Source: Lama guanicoe (Eukaryota). From it: 64,000 nucleotides of DNA. The notes under the pieces are model-generated. The model was not told the origin of the DNA, did no database searches, and was given only the letters and a program-made list of their open reading frames with translations. The stretch is taken from NCBI GenBank assembly GCA_013239625.1, contig MU053304.1, positions 2,728,001-2,792,000 of the forward strand, read 5' to 3'. This document shows positions 39,310-53,950 of this stretch, piece by piece (position 1 is the stretch's first letter; every line of letters starts with the position of its first letter). Position numbers and translations under genes: made by a program.

Positions 39310-40262
39310 CTACTAAGCCCATTTCATGTAATGTAATTATCCATACGCTGGAGCTGAAGTCTGACATGTTTTGCATTCTGTTTGTTTTCTCTGCTTTTGT
39401 TTCTCTACTTATTATTTTTACTTTCTTGGAGATTATTTAAAACTTCTTAAAGAATTTATGTAGACTTATATGTAGCATTTTTGAATATATCTGTCAGCAA
39501 AGCATTTTTAGTGGTTGCTCTAGGTTTTATGTTGTATGTACATGTTTATCAGTCTAATGGTGCCATCATTTTACCAGCTTGAGTGCAGTATAGAAACGAC
39601 TTCTCTTATATTCCTTATCCTCTCCTATTTATAAGTATCTTGACTCATTCCTTTACATATATTAGAAACACATCAGAAAGTGTCAGAATTTTTGCTTCAG
39701 CCATCATATAATTTAGGAAATTTAAGAAAAGAAGGAATACTGGTTGTATTTAGTTATATTTTTGCATATTCTTTTTTCCTTCCTGAGTTTCTTTTGTTTT
39801 TTCAAGTTTCTTTGTTTTATAACTTCCTTTCTGTAGAGAGAACTTTATTTAGCCATTCTTTTAGGATGGGTCTGCTGATGGCAAATTCTTTCAGTTCTTT
39901 TCCATCTGAGAGTGTCTTAATTTCCAATTCATTCCTGAAAAACACTTTCACACAGTATAGGGTTCTGGGTTGACAGCCCTCTTCTTTTAACATTTGAAAA
40001 ATATTGCCCTCCATGGTTTCTGATGAGAAGTCTACTATCATTCAACTTGTTTTTCCACTAGAGGTAAGTCATTTTTCTACGACCATTTTCACAATTTCGT
40101 CATTGTCTTTAGTTTCAGAAATTGCATTTTTTATTTGTCTTGGTGTGGATTTGTTTGTTTATTTATTCTGTTTGAGATCTGCCCAGCTTCTTGAATCTGC
40201 AGATCTATACCCCTTGCCAAATTTTGGAAGCTTTCAGAAAATATTTCTTCAAGCATTTTTTC
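39310..40262 (-). mobile_element. Old L1 ORF1/inter-ORF fragment, antisense
   Basis: Minus-strand ORFs 39817-40041 and 40131-40352 carry L1 ORF1-like peptides (DFSSETME, LKEFAISRPILKEWL, ESFQNLARGIDLQIQEA). Confidence 0.85.
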
Positions 40263-40324
40263 AGTTGAGACTTCATCTGGAGGCTTGACTAGGGAAAGAT
40301 CTGCTCCAAAGCTTCCTCTGATTG

Positions 40325-41600
40325 AAAAACCTCTAGATAACATCACATTCAATAGTGAAAGATTAAATCCTTCCTCCCAATATCAGGAACAAGTTAAGAA
40401 TGGGTGCTCTCAACACTTCTATTCGAAAGTGTGCTAGAGGCTTTAGCCAGTGCAATAAAGTAAGAAAACAAAACCAATAGGCAAACAAATTAAAAAAGAA
40501 GGAAATTAAGCTGTGTTTATCCATGGACAACATGATCCTCCACGTAGAAAATTTTGCAGAATTTACAATACAAAAAGATAATACAAAAAATAATTAGTAA
40601 GTTAAGTTTAGGAAGATTGCAGGATACTAAGTAAATATACAATAAGCAAGTGTATTTCTATAAAATACCAGTTAATATTTGGAAATTTAAATAAATGTTA
40701 CTATTTACAATGGCATCAAACTGTTTAAAATACTTAAGAATAAATCTGACAAAAGATTTGCAAGGATCCTACAATAAAAAAGTACAAAATATTGCTGAGA
40801 AAAATTATACAGGACCTAAATTAATGTGGAGATAAGTTCTGTTTATGTATTACAAAAATCTTTACTGTTAATATACTAATTTTACATTGAACCATCAATT
40901 CAGTGGAATCCTAATCAGTATCCCAGCTGACATTTTTGAAGAAATTCATAAACTGATTTTAAAATTTATATGGAAACTCAAAAGAACTAGGATAGCTAAA
41001 ACAACATTTAAAAGGTAGAGCAAATCTGGAGATTTATCATAACCTAATTTAAAGACTTTTTATAAGGCTACAATAATCTATCCTTGTGTTACTGATACAA
41101 AAATAGATCAATAGAATCCATTAGAAAATCCAGAATAGACCCACATGAATACGGTCAATTTATTTTTGACAGAAATGTCAACATTATTAATTGGACATAG
41201 TATAATCTTTTCACCAAATGATGTTGAATCACTTGTATAGCCATATACAAAACCCTTTAGCCCTTATCACACACCATATACAGACATTTAGTTGAAGTGG
41301 ATCATAAGAGCTAAAACTATGAAACTTCTAGAAGGCAGTAAAGGAGAATATCCTAGTGATTGGGTTTGGTGAAGATTTCATAATAGGAAGCAAAGATCAC
41401 AGATTATAGATGCATCAAAAATAAACTGTCCTTCTTCAAAAAACCCTGTTATAAAAATGAAAAGACAAGCCACAGACCAGAAGAAAATATTTGCAAAACA
41501 TATCCAACAATATACTTACAATTAGACAATATAATAAAACACAAATTAAGAATATAAAGGTAAAAAAACTAATACAAATGAACTTTCAAGAGTACAAATG
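40325..41600 (+). mobile_element. Old L1 ORF2 fragment, sense
   Basis: 'gacaacatgatcctccacgtagaaaat' (ADDMI region), 'aaactgattttaaaatttatatggaa', 'aaaagacaagccacagac'. Confidence 0.88.
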
Positions 41601-41789
41601 TGGTAGTGAGTGGGAAGATAACATAGAATACTTCAAGATTGCCGACATGGCAAATTTTCTGAGATTTAAAATAGCTTCTTCCCTGGCTTAATCTGAAGAG
41701 CAATTTTAACCTTCGTGTTCATGTTTTATTGAATAAACATTCCGTTTCCCGTATGTAAATGCGAGGTCTCTGTACTTGGCCGTTGTCAT

Positions 41790-42020
41790 GAACAAAAGCT
41801 TAAACTGTGGACCAGGACTGATTATGACTCGGTTCCAGCTCTTCCACTTAAAACCGTATGAGCTTGAGTTTTTCACTTCAACCACTCTAGGTCTAATTTT
41901 TTCTCAATAATAAGATAAGGTTATGCAATATTTCCTAGAGCCACGGTGAGGCCTAAAGTAGGTTACATATAAAAGTAACTGCCACAGCCCTTATCACGCT
42001 GTAGGCACCACAGTTGTTAA
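41790..42020 (+). mobile_element. MIR
   Basis: 'ccagctcttccactta...cacttcaaccactctaggtct'. Confidence 0.6.
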
Positions 42021-43304
42021 GAGCCCTGTCACTCTTGGTTCTTTGTAGAACTGCCCCCACTACCTGTGCGCAGCATCTTATAAAGATAGCAGAGAAGGCA
42101 ATTTCATAACTGTCTGTTTACCTTTTGTGAAAATCTATGGTTTTGTACTAGATTTCAAAAGGTTAACTGAACTAATGGCCTTTTATCTCCCCATAATGAT
42201 GTTGAATATGCTGGAGTAAACGTGCAACTACAGCAAACAGTGCTCGACTGCTAGTTGCCTCCTGAGTAGGTACCACATGGAGAATGGTGTATTTATCCAC
42301 ACAATGTCTCCTTAACTCATGTTTGTATGTTCCAGAATAACAATTAGAGCGTAGGCTGAATATTTTAATTGAAGGACTGAGAGTTCTTTTGGACTCTGAG
42401 ATCTAATATATAAAGATACATTAAGAAATGTCATGGGTTTAGGCCAAGCTATTACACTGCCCGATTTCAAATCCATCCCAGGGAGTAAGAGTTTTTCATT
42501 GTACCATAATCTCATACTTGACACCTGAAAGTAATGGCTTTTCCTTCCACTGAATAGAGAGAAAAATTATTTTTCTTTAAAGTGTCTATTACCCCAAAAC
42601 TCTGTACTTCGGCTAGATACTATAGAAAATTGTACCATCTGGAAAGCAAGTTACATTAATTTTGCAATCATCTAGTAAAATCTATTCTCCACTTGTTAGG
42701 TGTATCCATTATTTCTGCACCTTAAGCAAACCCAAGAAACATAAATAAGAGGAGACAGTAGTCCCCTTTCCAACTTAAACATGAGAAGGGGTCCTGGCTC
42801 CACTATACTGTATCAACATAACCAGCTCTGCTTTACAACATTCCAAATTTAAATACAAATTATTGGCTTCCATCCGTATCACCAACTCCATTCTTCTCTA
42901 GCACTTTTCTCAAGTCTGACAGTTAATTACATCCACCTTTCATATTAACCCATTTTTTTTAATCAGTCTTTTCTTAAACACAATTCCCCACTCAAATGTC
43001 ATGGGCTTTATCCTTTACGCTGATGCAGGCTTCAATCATGTTTTAAAAATAGCAAGATGACTATCACTCAGTAAAGTCAAATATAGTATTCGAGTTTTAT
43101 AGTGCTTTTCTAATGCATGATAGAAATATTAAAGTTTTGTAAATATTTTTATTTACTATACAAGTCATACTTTAGTCACTAAACAAGTCATATATGACAC
43201 CAACCTAAAATCATTACAAAGTAAACTTGAAACAGTTTGATCAATTAAATATGTAATGTGTAAGAATAACCCTGCCTAATTTTATTATTTAAATGGTAAT
43301 CCAC

Positions 43305-43783
43305 TGCGCAGAAAATAGCATAGCAGGTCTGAGGCGGCTATCTTTAGAAGAGTCTGCTTTCAAGGTTGGCTTTTGTCGTCTGAAACTTCCGCCGACTGAT
43401 AGGGTTGTCTCCTAGTACTTAGACAGTTTGCACATACAGTGTGATTTAAGGATAACATCTCCTGGGAGTCTGGAACTTTGCTAGTTGCTAGGCAGAGAAT
43501 GCCTGTGTGACTAGCTTCCCATGGGCTTCCCTGGGCAGAAACATTGCATACATGTTGCTGCATTTTGCAGCTGGAGGGAGAATGTGCTCTGTGTGACCAT
43601 TACAGGAAGAAGAGAGTGTGGAAAAGTGAATGTGTGTTTACCCAGACCCCTCCTGTATCGTGTTTCCCTTACAGATCCAGCTGTGTATGTTTATCTTAGA
43701 TGTAAGGATAAGTCTATACTGAGTTCCTGAGCTCTTCTAGCAAACCGCTGAACAAATGGGCGTTCTTGGAGACCCCCAAAATA
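43305..43783 (+). mobile_element. ERVL LTR (MER68-like)
   Basis: Starts 'tgcgcagaaaatagcatagcaggtctgag...tatctttagaagagtctgctttcaaggttggc'; 'gggcttccctgggcagaaacattgca'. Confidence 0.85.
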
Positions 43784-44321
43784 ATTACCTCACTAAATCA
43801 AATACTATTTAGCATAAAATAAAACAATACAATTTGCCTTTCTCAATCTTTCAGGACAGAGCCAATAACTTTTGCCTCTTCTCTTCCATAACACATGTTA
43901 CTTCCCTGCTTAAAATCCTACCATGATAGCCCACTGCACTTAAGATTCCAGTTCCTTATGAATACCTACCACTTCCCTCCTCAACCTCATCTCAGTTCCC
44001 ATTGGAATTTAGCCATGGCCTCCACCCTGGAAGAGAGACGTGCATTACATCTGCTCACCAGACGAGCCTAGTTCTCTCCTCCATTCTCCTAAAGCCATCG
44101 CATATGCACTGCTCTGCCACAGCCCTAAAATGCATTTAACCTGAAGCACAACTGGAAAATGTGGGCATTGGATATTGAAATCAATCTCCAAGTTTGGATA
44201 TTTTCTTCATACTTATTTATGAGCCATAAAATGCCTAAAACTAAGTTCAGCTTGCAATCGCTTTTTAAATCATTGCAGTTGGTATGATGTCTGCCCAAAT
44301 GTCAGTATTTCACAGTTTTTA

Positions 44322-44800
44322 TCAGTTAAGATTTGTTGACTGAAAATGAAGGAGCACCTGACTAACCCTGGCGTAAGCCATAAGAGTATTATAAGTCGCC
44401 TACCACAGTCTCTGGGACAGGTGGTTTCCAGGTCTGCTTAGGAACTCTACGGGATCAGGCCACTGAGCTGCTACTTCTGCATTTCTCTTAGCCTTCCCTT
44501 TTTAGCTGCAATTTGGCAACTGCTATTCCAGACATCACACATGCAGAAAGCAGGGGGTAGGTGATGTGTTGGTGATAAAATAGCTTTTTCTTCATAGGGA
44601 TGGCTGTCTTTTTTATCAGGGAGCAGAATCTTTCTCACAAGAGAACAGTTGGCTTATTTTATAATGCATTGGTTGAAAGTAGTTAGCATGCCCTCTCCTT
44701 CAACAACCCTGTAAAGGATAAGCAGCATGCACAAGGCTGGCTTAGACCAAGCATGACTTGTCCCAGTGGTTAGAAGAAAGGCCTGAGCATGTTGCTGCTG
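44322..44800 (-). mobile_element. Old MaLR LTR (MLT1K/L-like)
   Basis: 'tcagttaagatttg...cctgactaaccctggcgtaagccataag', 'ctgctattccagacatcacac'. Confidence 0.55.
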
Positions 44801-44849
44801 AGCAAAGCAAGAATTACATTTGCAGTAAATGTTGGCCAAGTCTATGGTT

Positions 44850-45031
44850 TGGACACCATTTGGTTCACTGTGATCATCTGGAGTACTGATTAAAGCACAG
44901 ATCTTGAGCCCCAAGCCCCTGAATTTCTGCCTCAGTAGGTCTGATGTGGGACCTAAGAACATGAATTTCTAACAACTTCCCAGTTGATGTTACTGTGACT
45001 CTACTGGGGACTGCTACACTTAGAACCACCG
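44850..45031. mobile_element. MER5A (hAT-Charlie MITE)
   Basis: 'tcagtaggtctgatgtgggacctaagaacatgaatttctaacaacttcccagttgatg...agaaccacc'. Confidence 0.85.
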
Positions 45032-47234
45032 GAGAATGCAGACATCAGCTTCTATCACACAACTCCATAGATTCCAGGTGAAGCCAAAGGTTATCGCTGG
45101 CTTATGTCTAGTCATAGCTAAGGGTTGGTATTGATCTAATTTGTAGATGTAGACAAGGTTTAATACTAGCCTCACCTACAACTGTAGGCAAGGTTTGGTA
45201 CTGGCCTTCCATTCAGAGTGAAACATGCATTGAATCAGTGCCAGTCTTCATAGTTTTAAAATCAATTTTGTAATGTGCTTCATCACGTCAAATATATAGA
45301 GAAAAAGTTATAAAATAACAAACACTTTGTGTAGAACACATCAACTTTAACTCAAAATACTCGTCAGATCAGATAATTCCAAACATCAAGGATTACTTTA
45401 AGACATGTAGATGCAATATAACATGGCATTTTTCCAAACTCTTGAATATGTAAATTGAGAAGGATAATAATGTATTACATTTTCTAAAAACATTACATCC
45501 TGGGAAATAGAACTTTGGCAAGGATTAACAATCTCAACCAAATAGAAGGCTAGAAAATCAGTTTGGTGAACACATTTTTATGGGGAGAACTTGGGGAAAT
45601 TGAGGTGTCTATCATGTCTAAGAGACTATGGAGCATGTGCAAAAAGTGATTGGGGTAAATTATGTGGAATAAGTTTTTCATTACAATTGTACATACAATA
45701 CAAAAAACATCAACTTTTAAGGGGGTCCCGCCAACCTTAAAGATTCATTTTGACTTACAACAATTTGTGTGACCTATGAGTTTAGTGTATGATGACAGGG
45801 TTTGTCTGTTTATCTGTTTGTTTGTTTGTTTTTGTCACTGGTACAACCCAGGGGACCACTTATTGCAAAAGATGTAATTTCTTGCATAGTTCCTTGATAA
45901 CAAGTTTTTCCTACCTTAAAGATAAATGCTAATTATAACAGCTAACCCAAGAGTAAATTAAAAGAAAAGTGGGTATGTGGAGGATCTATTTAAAATCTGA
46001 CTGTAGATGCCCTATTATCTAATTTGGCAGCTTAAGGGGGAGGGGTTAATTTTAGGCAGAACGACTAAGTTGTATTTTTCCAAATAAATTCAGGTGAGAT
46101 AATATTGCCCAAATCAAATAATGATATCCTAAAATTTATATAATACTTAATGTACATATGTGAAATTGAAGTGTGAAATTAAAAAATAAAATTTCTTCCC
46201 TCCTGAAAAAAAAACAAAACTACTCTGAAATGGGCCACACGTGTAGTCTCTAAGCAACGAAAAAAGTAGAAGGAAACAGACATTTCAATGGCTATCAGTC
46301 CAAGCACTGTGATAAAGGGTCTGCAACGCCCTGTAGTAGATGGGAAAGGCTTCACAGGGGAAAGTTCTGCCTTAGGTGGGATAAAATATTTAGAATTAAA
46401 GGGAAGAGAGGAAATGCTAAGTCAGGACAATAGAGAGGGGCAAGAGTATGCCCCAAAATGCGAGCAGATGAAACCACTTTCTCTGGAAAATAAGGATGAA
46501 GTTTGACTGATTCTAGGATGAGAACTATAGTAATTAAGAGCACACTGGCTTTTTACAAATCTCAAACTCCCAAATTGTAAATGGCTATACATCAATTTAA
46601 AAAAAAAAAAAGAGCACCCTGGCTTTGGAGCTCATTGCTTTACCCTGGTGAGCCACATGGGTGGATAAATAACCCTATGGAGAAAACCAATTCAACTCAG
46701 CATTTTCATGGAGTAGATTTCTGAGGTTACAATTTCAAGATTAAGGAGCTATTAAGGATAAAAAAAAAAGTTCTATATAAAATAAAGACATGCTTTGTCA
46801 TGCCATAAGGGATTATCTTATAAACACACATCCCATTTTACAGGGGTGAGGAGCCAAAAAGTTCCATCTGTGCTCCAGATATTATTTAACCGTCTAGAAA
46901 GAACTCAAGTTCTGCCTGAGCCCTATATTTGGATAAACACTTATGATCCCCTGTAACTAATTGCTCTTTTGTCATGGACACTTTTATCTTCCTCTCTGTA
47001 AATCCCATATTTCTGTTAATTTTCACTAGCACTTCCTACACATTGCCTGTGTTCTTTACTTAAGAAATCTAGGTTAATATCGTAAAATTGACTTAAATTT
47101 TATCATTTCAAAGATAAAGAATCCTTAAAGGAGTGGGAGTGAGGGAAGGAAGGCTTTCTCTCTTCACTGCACCTCTGTATTGTTGGAAAATTTTAGCAAG
47201 CATTTACTATTTTTGAATTTTTAAACTAACGTCT

Positions 47235-48810
47235 TTTTAATTGAAGTAAAATGTGCATAACATAAAATTTATCATTTAACCATTTTTCATTGCATGATTC
47301 ATGGGCATTAAATACATTCACATTGCTGTGCAACCATCATTACTATACGTATCCAGAACTTTTTCATCACCTCAAACTGAAACTGTACATCCATTAAACA
47401 ATAACTCTTCATCCCTTCTTCCCTCGGCTGTTCAGAAACCATTATTTTATTTTCTGTCTCCATGAGTTTAACCACTCTAGGTACCACATACAAGTGGAAT
47501 TGTACAATATTTGTATTTTTGCGGCTGGTTTATTTCACTTGGTATAGTATCTTCAAGATTCATCTATGTTGTAGCATGTATCAGAATTTCATTCCTTTTT
47601 AAGGGTGACTATTCCATTTATGTCTATAGCATATCCTGTTTATCCATTCATCCATCAGTGGACACTTGGGTAGTTTTCATCTCTTTGGCTATTGTGAATA
47701 ATGATGCTATAAATATGGGTATATAAATATATCTTTATGTCTTTGCTCTCATATATTCCTTTGAGAATATATCTTCAGCAGTGGAATTTCTGGATCCTGT
47801 GGTGATTCTATATTTAATTTTTTGAGGAGCCGCCATATTGGTTTATGTAACAGCTGTACCATTTTACATCCCCACTATCAGTGCCAAACATTTGAATTTT
47901 TCCACATCCTCATCAGTACCTGTTATTTTCTGTTTTTTTTTTTTTTAATAGTAGCCATTCTTTTAGGTATGAAGTGATTTCATTGTGGGTTTTGGTTTCA
48001 TTTTCTTAGCAATTAGTGATGGTGAGCATCTTTTCATGTGCTCACAGAGCCCATTTGTGTATCTTCTTTGGAGAAATGTCTATTCAAATTCTTTGCAAAT
48101 TTTTTAATTGGATTCATATTCTGCTGCTCTTCATTCTTTTGCATGTGGATATCCAGTTTTCTCAATGTTATTTGTTGAAAAGATTTCCCTTTCCCCACTG
48201 AATGGTCTTGGCAGCCTTGTCAAAAATAATTTGACCAAGTATGCAAAAGTTTATTTCTGTGTTTTCTATTCTGTTCCATAGTTCTATATGTCTCTCCTTA
48301 TGCCATTTCCACACTGTTGTGACTACTGTAGCTTTGCACTAAATTTTGAAATCAGGAAGGTTGATTTTCAAGATTGTTTTGGAGAATAATTACTTCTGTC
48401 ATTTTGCTATTTGCTTTCTATATGCCTTAGAGCTTTTCTGTCCTTCATTTCCTGCATTACTGTCTGCTGTCTGTTTATTTAAATTTTATTGTGAAATTTT
48501 AGAATTTCTTTATCATTTCCTTTTTGCAAATATTCTTTAACTATTTTCTTTGTGGTCACCATAAAAATTAAACTTAACATCCCAAATTTTAACATTCTTA
48601 TCTGAATTTATACCGGCTTGATTTCAATCACATAGAAAAAACTCTGCTTCTATACAGCTCTATCTCCACTCCTTTCATTTACTGATCATAATATTCTACC
48701 TTTATGCTTTGTGTACCCAAAACATATATGTTAATAATTTTAATGCATTAGTCTCTTCAATTATATAGAAAACAAAAAGTAGGGTTACACAAACCAAAAT
48801 GGTAATACTA
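47235..48810 (-). mobile_element. L1MB-like 3' end plus further antisense L1 fragments
   Basis: 'atacattcacattgctgtgcaaccatca', 'ggctattgtgaataatgatgctat', 'ttggagaaatgtctattcaaat'. Confidence 0.9.
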
Positions 48811-50087
48811 CTAAGATCGCACCAATTGACTCTAATATTTGTGCTGAGGATAAGTCTATAAGCATTTATAACCTTTTTGATTTAGAAAATATGGCATAAA
48901 TCTTTATATCATCAATTAAATATGAAGTGACAGCAAAAGCATACAGTTATTTATACTTCAAATATTGCTTCACTTGAGATTACATTCTTAATAGAAATGA
49001 AAAAAATATTTAGTGTATTTCCTCATAACATGGTTCCATATAAATAATGGTAGGGTCAAACCACTCTATTATTGCTACAATTTAGTTTAAAATTTCTTCT
49101 TGTAGAATGACTGTTTTTTGTCTTTAAACTTCAATAGTAATATTTAAGACCTGCGAAATGTTTTCAAGTCTATGAATAATGCCTTTAATATGCCTTGTGG
49201 TCTTAGGAGCTAATTATAGGGAAGTATATTAAATAAAAGTCACTAGGAAAGAAACAACACTGAAATACATATCACATTAGAGCCAGAGTTCAGAAGAACA
49301 GTTCTGTTTCAAATGAATATTTTTTCACTTAAGTGTTACATTGAATTGAGCAGTTCTTTTTTCTTCAATCTGCAGTTTTAATTACTTGCACCTGTTAAAA
49401 AGCTGATTGCTTTCACGGTTTCATTCTACGCTGTCTTTCAAAACATAGGACAATATCAGTAAGTTAAGTTGGTTTTATGAGGCTTCTGGTTAAAATATGT
49501 TTATTTAGACCATTTTTATTTCAGAAGACTGCACAGTTTCTGGCTAAGTAAAGAATTGAATCCTAATTTTTAATTCAAGAATTCCTTATCTAAGTATAAT
49601 TGGAAAGTAGACTAAGAAAAAAAATGCTCATCCAGGATGTCCTAAAGGGAAATTTCATCACTAAATCAAAATACAAAAGTCAAAAAGCAGATATCAAAGT
49701 CAAATAATTCTCATAGACAGTATTCAAATCACATCAATGTTGTTTATTTCAAAAACTCTTGCATTCCAAAAAACTTAGAACAACAACACCTCTGGCACAT
49801 GGAAGAGATTATTATCAAGGCCCACAGTTAAAGACAGGAACAGTGATGCCAGCCTTGGCCTCAGCTCTTTTCCTACCCAAAGCTGAGTATTATATAGAAG
49901 GAGAGACACATAAAGGTAATACCATACTCTGATCAAGAGGAAGCACCGGGAGACATGTCAGGGGCGGGTCTTTCTCTCTGTATGCCCTTGATGAAATTTC
50001 TAAACCTCTCTGTGCTTTAGTTTTCTTCTTTGTCAGGTAAGTATAATAATAGCACCCACTTCAAAAGGGATAACAGTTAATTAGCAT

Positions 50088-50088
<1 letters not shown>

Positions 50089-50126
<38 letters not shown>
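50089..50126. repeat. (TAGA)n tetranucleotide microsatellite inside a MIR
   Basis: Direct reading. Confidence 0.95.
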
Positions 50127-50253
50127 TAGAAAACATGCTTACAAGAGACTTAGTATAACAGAACAGGTGCTTTTTTTCAAATATAAGTTGTTGTTATTAT
50201 TATTGTTATTTCTGAGGCAGGGGAGAAAAACTAAAGAATTGGAGGATATAAAA

Positions 50254-50714
50254 TGTTATGGGTTGAATTGTGTCCCCTAAAAATTCATATATATGTTCTA
50301 GTCCTAACCCCCATAGCACAGAATGTGACCTTATATAGAAACAGGATCATTGCAGATATAATTAATGAAGTTGAGTTCATACTGGAGTAGTCTGTCCGTA
50401 ATCCACTGTAACCAGAATCTTTATAAAAAGGAGAAATCTGGACACAGACATATATACAGGGAGAATGCCATGGAAGATGAAGGCAGAGATTCAGTGATAT
50501 TCTACAAGCCATGTAAGGACAAGATTTCCAAGAAACCATCAGAAGCTGGGAGAGAGACATGGAACACATTCTTTCCCACAGCCCTTGGGTGTTACCAGTC
50601 CTGCCAACATCTTGATTGTAGACTTTGGGCCTCCAAAACAGTGAGACAATAAGTTTCTGTTTAAGCAACCTAGTTTGTGATACTTTGCTATGGCAGTTCT
50701 AGCAAACCAACATA
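50254..50714 (+). mobile_element. MLT1C-like solo LTR
   Basis: 'tgttatgggttgaattgtgtccc'...'tttgctatggcagttctagcaaaccaacata'. Confidence 0.92.
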
Positions 50715-51149
50715 CTGTTCTAAAACTGGTGATATATAAATCCATCCATATTCTTAATTTTCCAAAGTCTAGGTATAGAGGGAAAAACGGGAGACTTTCC
50801 CTGCTGTACTCCCTGAATTTTGCTGTTTGGTAAGTGGATGCACACACCATGTTGTTTTTGTGAACTTCACACAACGTAGTGAGAAGGCCTCCAAGTGAAG
50901 CCTTGAGAGAGACTGGGGCTACTGATGGGTGTGGAAGAGGGGCCTTTGTCCACCAGGTGGAGGGTTGAAGGGCTCCAGAAACTCGCTTCCACCACCTGAG
51001 GTACCACGGACAGAGCACTGGGCCTGGGCCCTCCGTAAAGCCGAAGACACCTCCTGGGGTTTGAGGATGCAGTGAGCTCTAGACTGTCACGTCCTTCTCT
51101 GGAGAATCCCATGATGTTTGACTACTTTGACTTGTTTCTTAGGAAATGT

Positions 51150-51400
51150 ATCACAATATTTAAAGACAGCTGGCTCTGGAGTCACCCAGGTTGAAAATGT
51201 GGTTTCACTTCACTCCACTTACTAGACATGTCTTTTGGATAAGATATTTAATGTTATTGTATATCAATTTCTGTATTTTGTTAAAGCCGGAATGATACTA
51301 ATTGCACTTCTTTTATGAATTTGTTGTGGAAATTAACTAAAATGTAAAGTGTGTAGGATAGTGTTTGGTATACAGGAAACATTCAATAAATGCTAATTAT
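51150..51400 (+). mobile_element. MIR
   Basis: 'ggctctggagtca...ctccacttactag...cattcaataaatgctaattattatt'. Confidence 0.75.
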
Positions 51401-52495
51401 TATTTTTCTGCAATATAACTTTCTAAATGAAGCTGTACTCACTGAAATGTGGGAAAAAAATCTCAGTCAAAATTTGGCCAAATAATTTTCATGTAGCTCT
51501 TGTGTGCTCAACATGATGGCTTGAATAGTCATACAGTCATATGATGTAAAGTGTATGATCTACACAGCCTCAAAGTACGTAAGGAAATTCCCCCAGAAAA
51601 CCTTCTCCTCACTTCAGCACACTCAGTTTATTTTTCTAATGTGATCTGGAGTCAGATTAAGGAGCTGGGACCGAGCAGGGAAAGAGAGTTATACTTAGGA
51701 CAGATGCCAACAGTAAATGCAAATAAGGAAGATTAAAGCTGAGCTTAAAGAAATAGCTTGTAAGGAATGTGAGCCTGAGAATCCTGTACTGAGTCCCAGT
51801 GCGGAAGGAGGTAGGAAAAGACCCCGACTAGGGATATTCCTTGGCTTTGACAAAGCAGGGGCAAGCCCTCTCTAGAAAAAGGTTCTCCCAATTAAAGTAT
51901 AAAATAGCTATGCATGCAAGTATTACAGAGATAAAGGATTCAAAGATGAGCATGCAAAAAGAGATCATAAAAACAAATGGTTATTTAAAAATATTTGTTA
52001 GATACAGAGTATCTAGTGACACAAAAAATAAACTTTCGAGTTAAAATTCAATCAATAGTCAAAGAAATAGAAAAGATAGAAATATTTGAAACATTTAATG
52101 AACTAGAAGACATGTCAGAAATTACAGAGAGAAAGACAAATACTATATGATCTCTCATATATAAAATCTAAAAAATTCCTCACAAAACCTCATCTAAAAA
52201 ACATCAGTTGTCTCTTGAGGGAGAATTGAATGATAGAATATAAGGGAGGGAGACTTACTTACTTATTGTTTACCTTCTCGTGTCTTTTGCATTTAATACT
52301 AAGTATGTTTATTCCCTAGATAACAAACTGAATAAAATTAAAACATAGACTTCATTTGGGGAAAATCTATTTTAAAAAAATGTTTTTGAAAAAATCTATT
52401 TTTTAAAAAAAACAAGATGTTTTTTAAAAAAAGGTATAATAATAGCAGATAGAAAAATAGACAATAAATAAATTCATAATAAAAGGTTTTGGCAA

Positions 52496-52940
52496 GCAAT
52501 CCCACTCCTGGGCATATATCTGGAGAAAACTATAATTTGAAAAGACACATCAACGCCAACATTCATAGCAGCACTATTTACAATAGCCATGACATGGAAG
52601 CAACATAAATGTCCATCAACATATGATTAGAGAAAGAAGATATGATATATATATGATGTATATATATACACATTTGAATATTACTCAACCATAAAAGAGA
52701 GTGAAATAATACCATTTGCAGCAATATGGATGGACCTAGAGATTATTATACTGGTGAAGGAAGTCAGAGAAAAACAAATATCATATGATATCACTCATAT
52801 GTGGAATCTAAAAAAAAAGACATAAATATTATTTACAAACCAAAAACAGACTCACAGACATAGAAAACAAACTGTGATTACCAAAGGGGAAAGGGCAGGG
52901 GAGGGATAAATTAAGGATTCAGTATTAGCATATACAGTAT
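52496..52940 (+). mobile_element. Cetartiodactyl/camelid-type L1 3' end
   Basis: 'gcaatcccactcctgggcatatatctggagaaaactataatttgaaaagacaca', 'atttacaaaccaaaaacagactcacagacatagaaaacaaact'. Confidence 0.9.
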
Positions 52941-52944
52941 ATTT

Positions 52945-53950
52945 TCAAATCCCGAAAATGTTTTACGTGAAAATTGACAAAATTTTTTGGAAAAGCAGGG
53001 GGCAAAAATATACTCAAAACATTCCTAAATTTAGAAAAAAGTAATAAAAGGGGCTTTTTCTACAGAACATAAAAAACTTACCTAGCCATAAAAATTAATA
53101 TAGTTAATTTGGTGTAGGAAGTCACAAATATATCAAACACAGAATTCAGAAACAGTAATTATGATATTTGATAGAAGTAGCATTAATGATCTAAAGAAAT
53201 GGAATAATTAATCAATACATGGATTTAGATAATAAAGTACACAATAGAAAAATGTACAAAGGGCATTTAAAAAGCTATATATGGATGAGTAAATATGTAT
53301 GGCAGACATATGAAAAGACATTCAAACTCATCAGTGATCTAAGCAATGCAAGTCAAGATCACAATCAGATATTATTTTACATTCATAAGACTGACAAATA
53401 TTTACAACCCTGACGATGTTGATATAGAAATGAAGCAATGAAAACACATGTACTCTTGTGGAATTTATAATTAGTACAACCACTTTGGAAAACAATTCAT
53501 TTTCCATTTTGTACACATGACAATATGTATATTCATGGTCCAGGAATTTCCTGTCCTAAGGATACATCTGCATATGTGCACCATAAGAAGGGTGCAAGAA
53601 TATCCCAAATGCCTAACAAGAAAAAAGCCCAACAGGGAAAATAATCAAGTCGATTTTTGTATGATCACTATGGAGTATTATATAGCAGTGAAAATGAGTG
53701 GGTTTCAGCTACAAATGACTTACATATATTTTAGAAATATCACTCTAAGTTAAAAATACCAGACTACTTATGACTCTTACAAAAAAGAGAAATTACTTAT
53801 TGTATTGCTAGGTATAATTACATATATAGCAAACTTATTTTTAAAAGAAGGGAAATGATAAACACAAAATGAAAGATAATAGCTATGTCTGAGAAAGAGG
53901 CAGGGGGATAAGATGAGGAACCCATGCACAGATGAAAGACATTTAGGGAT
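52945..53950 (+). mobile_element. Old L1ME-like fragments
   Basis: 'tagtacaaccactttggaaaacaatt', 'ctatggagtattatatagcagtgaaaatgag'. Confidence 0.7.

Noticed and set aside
50285..51018. Overlapping 127- and 159-aa ORFs
   Set aside because: The 127-aa ORF is entirely antisense MLT1C; the 159-aa ORF runs into the same LTR and shows no recognisable domain.
52358..52432. Quasi-palindromic A/T runs with a repeated 'aaaatctatttt'
   Set aside because: Low-complexity slippage between L1 fragments; no evidence of function.
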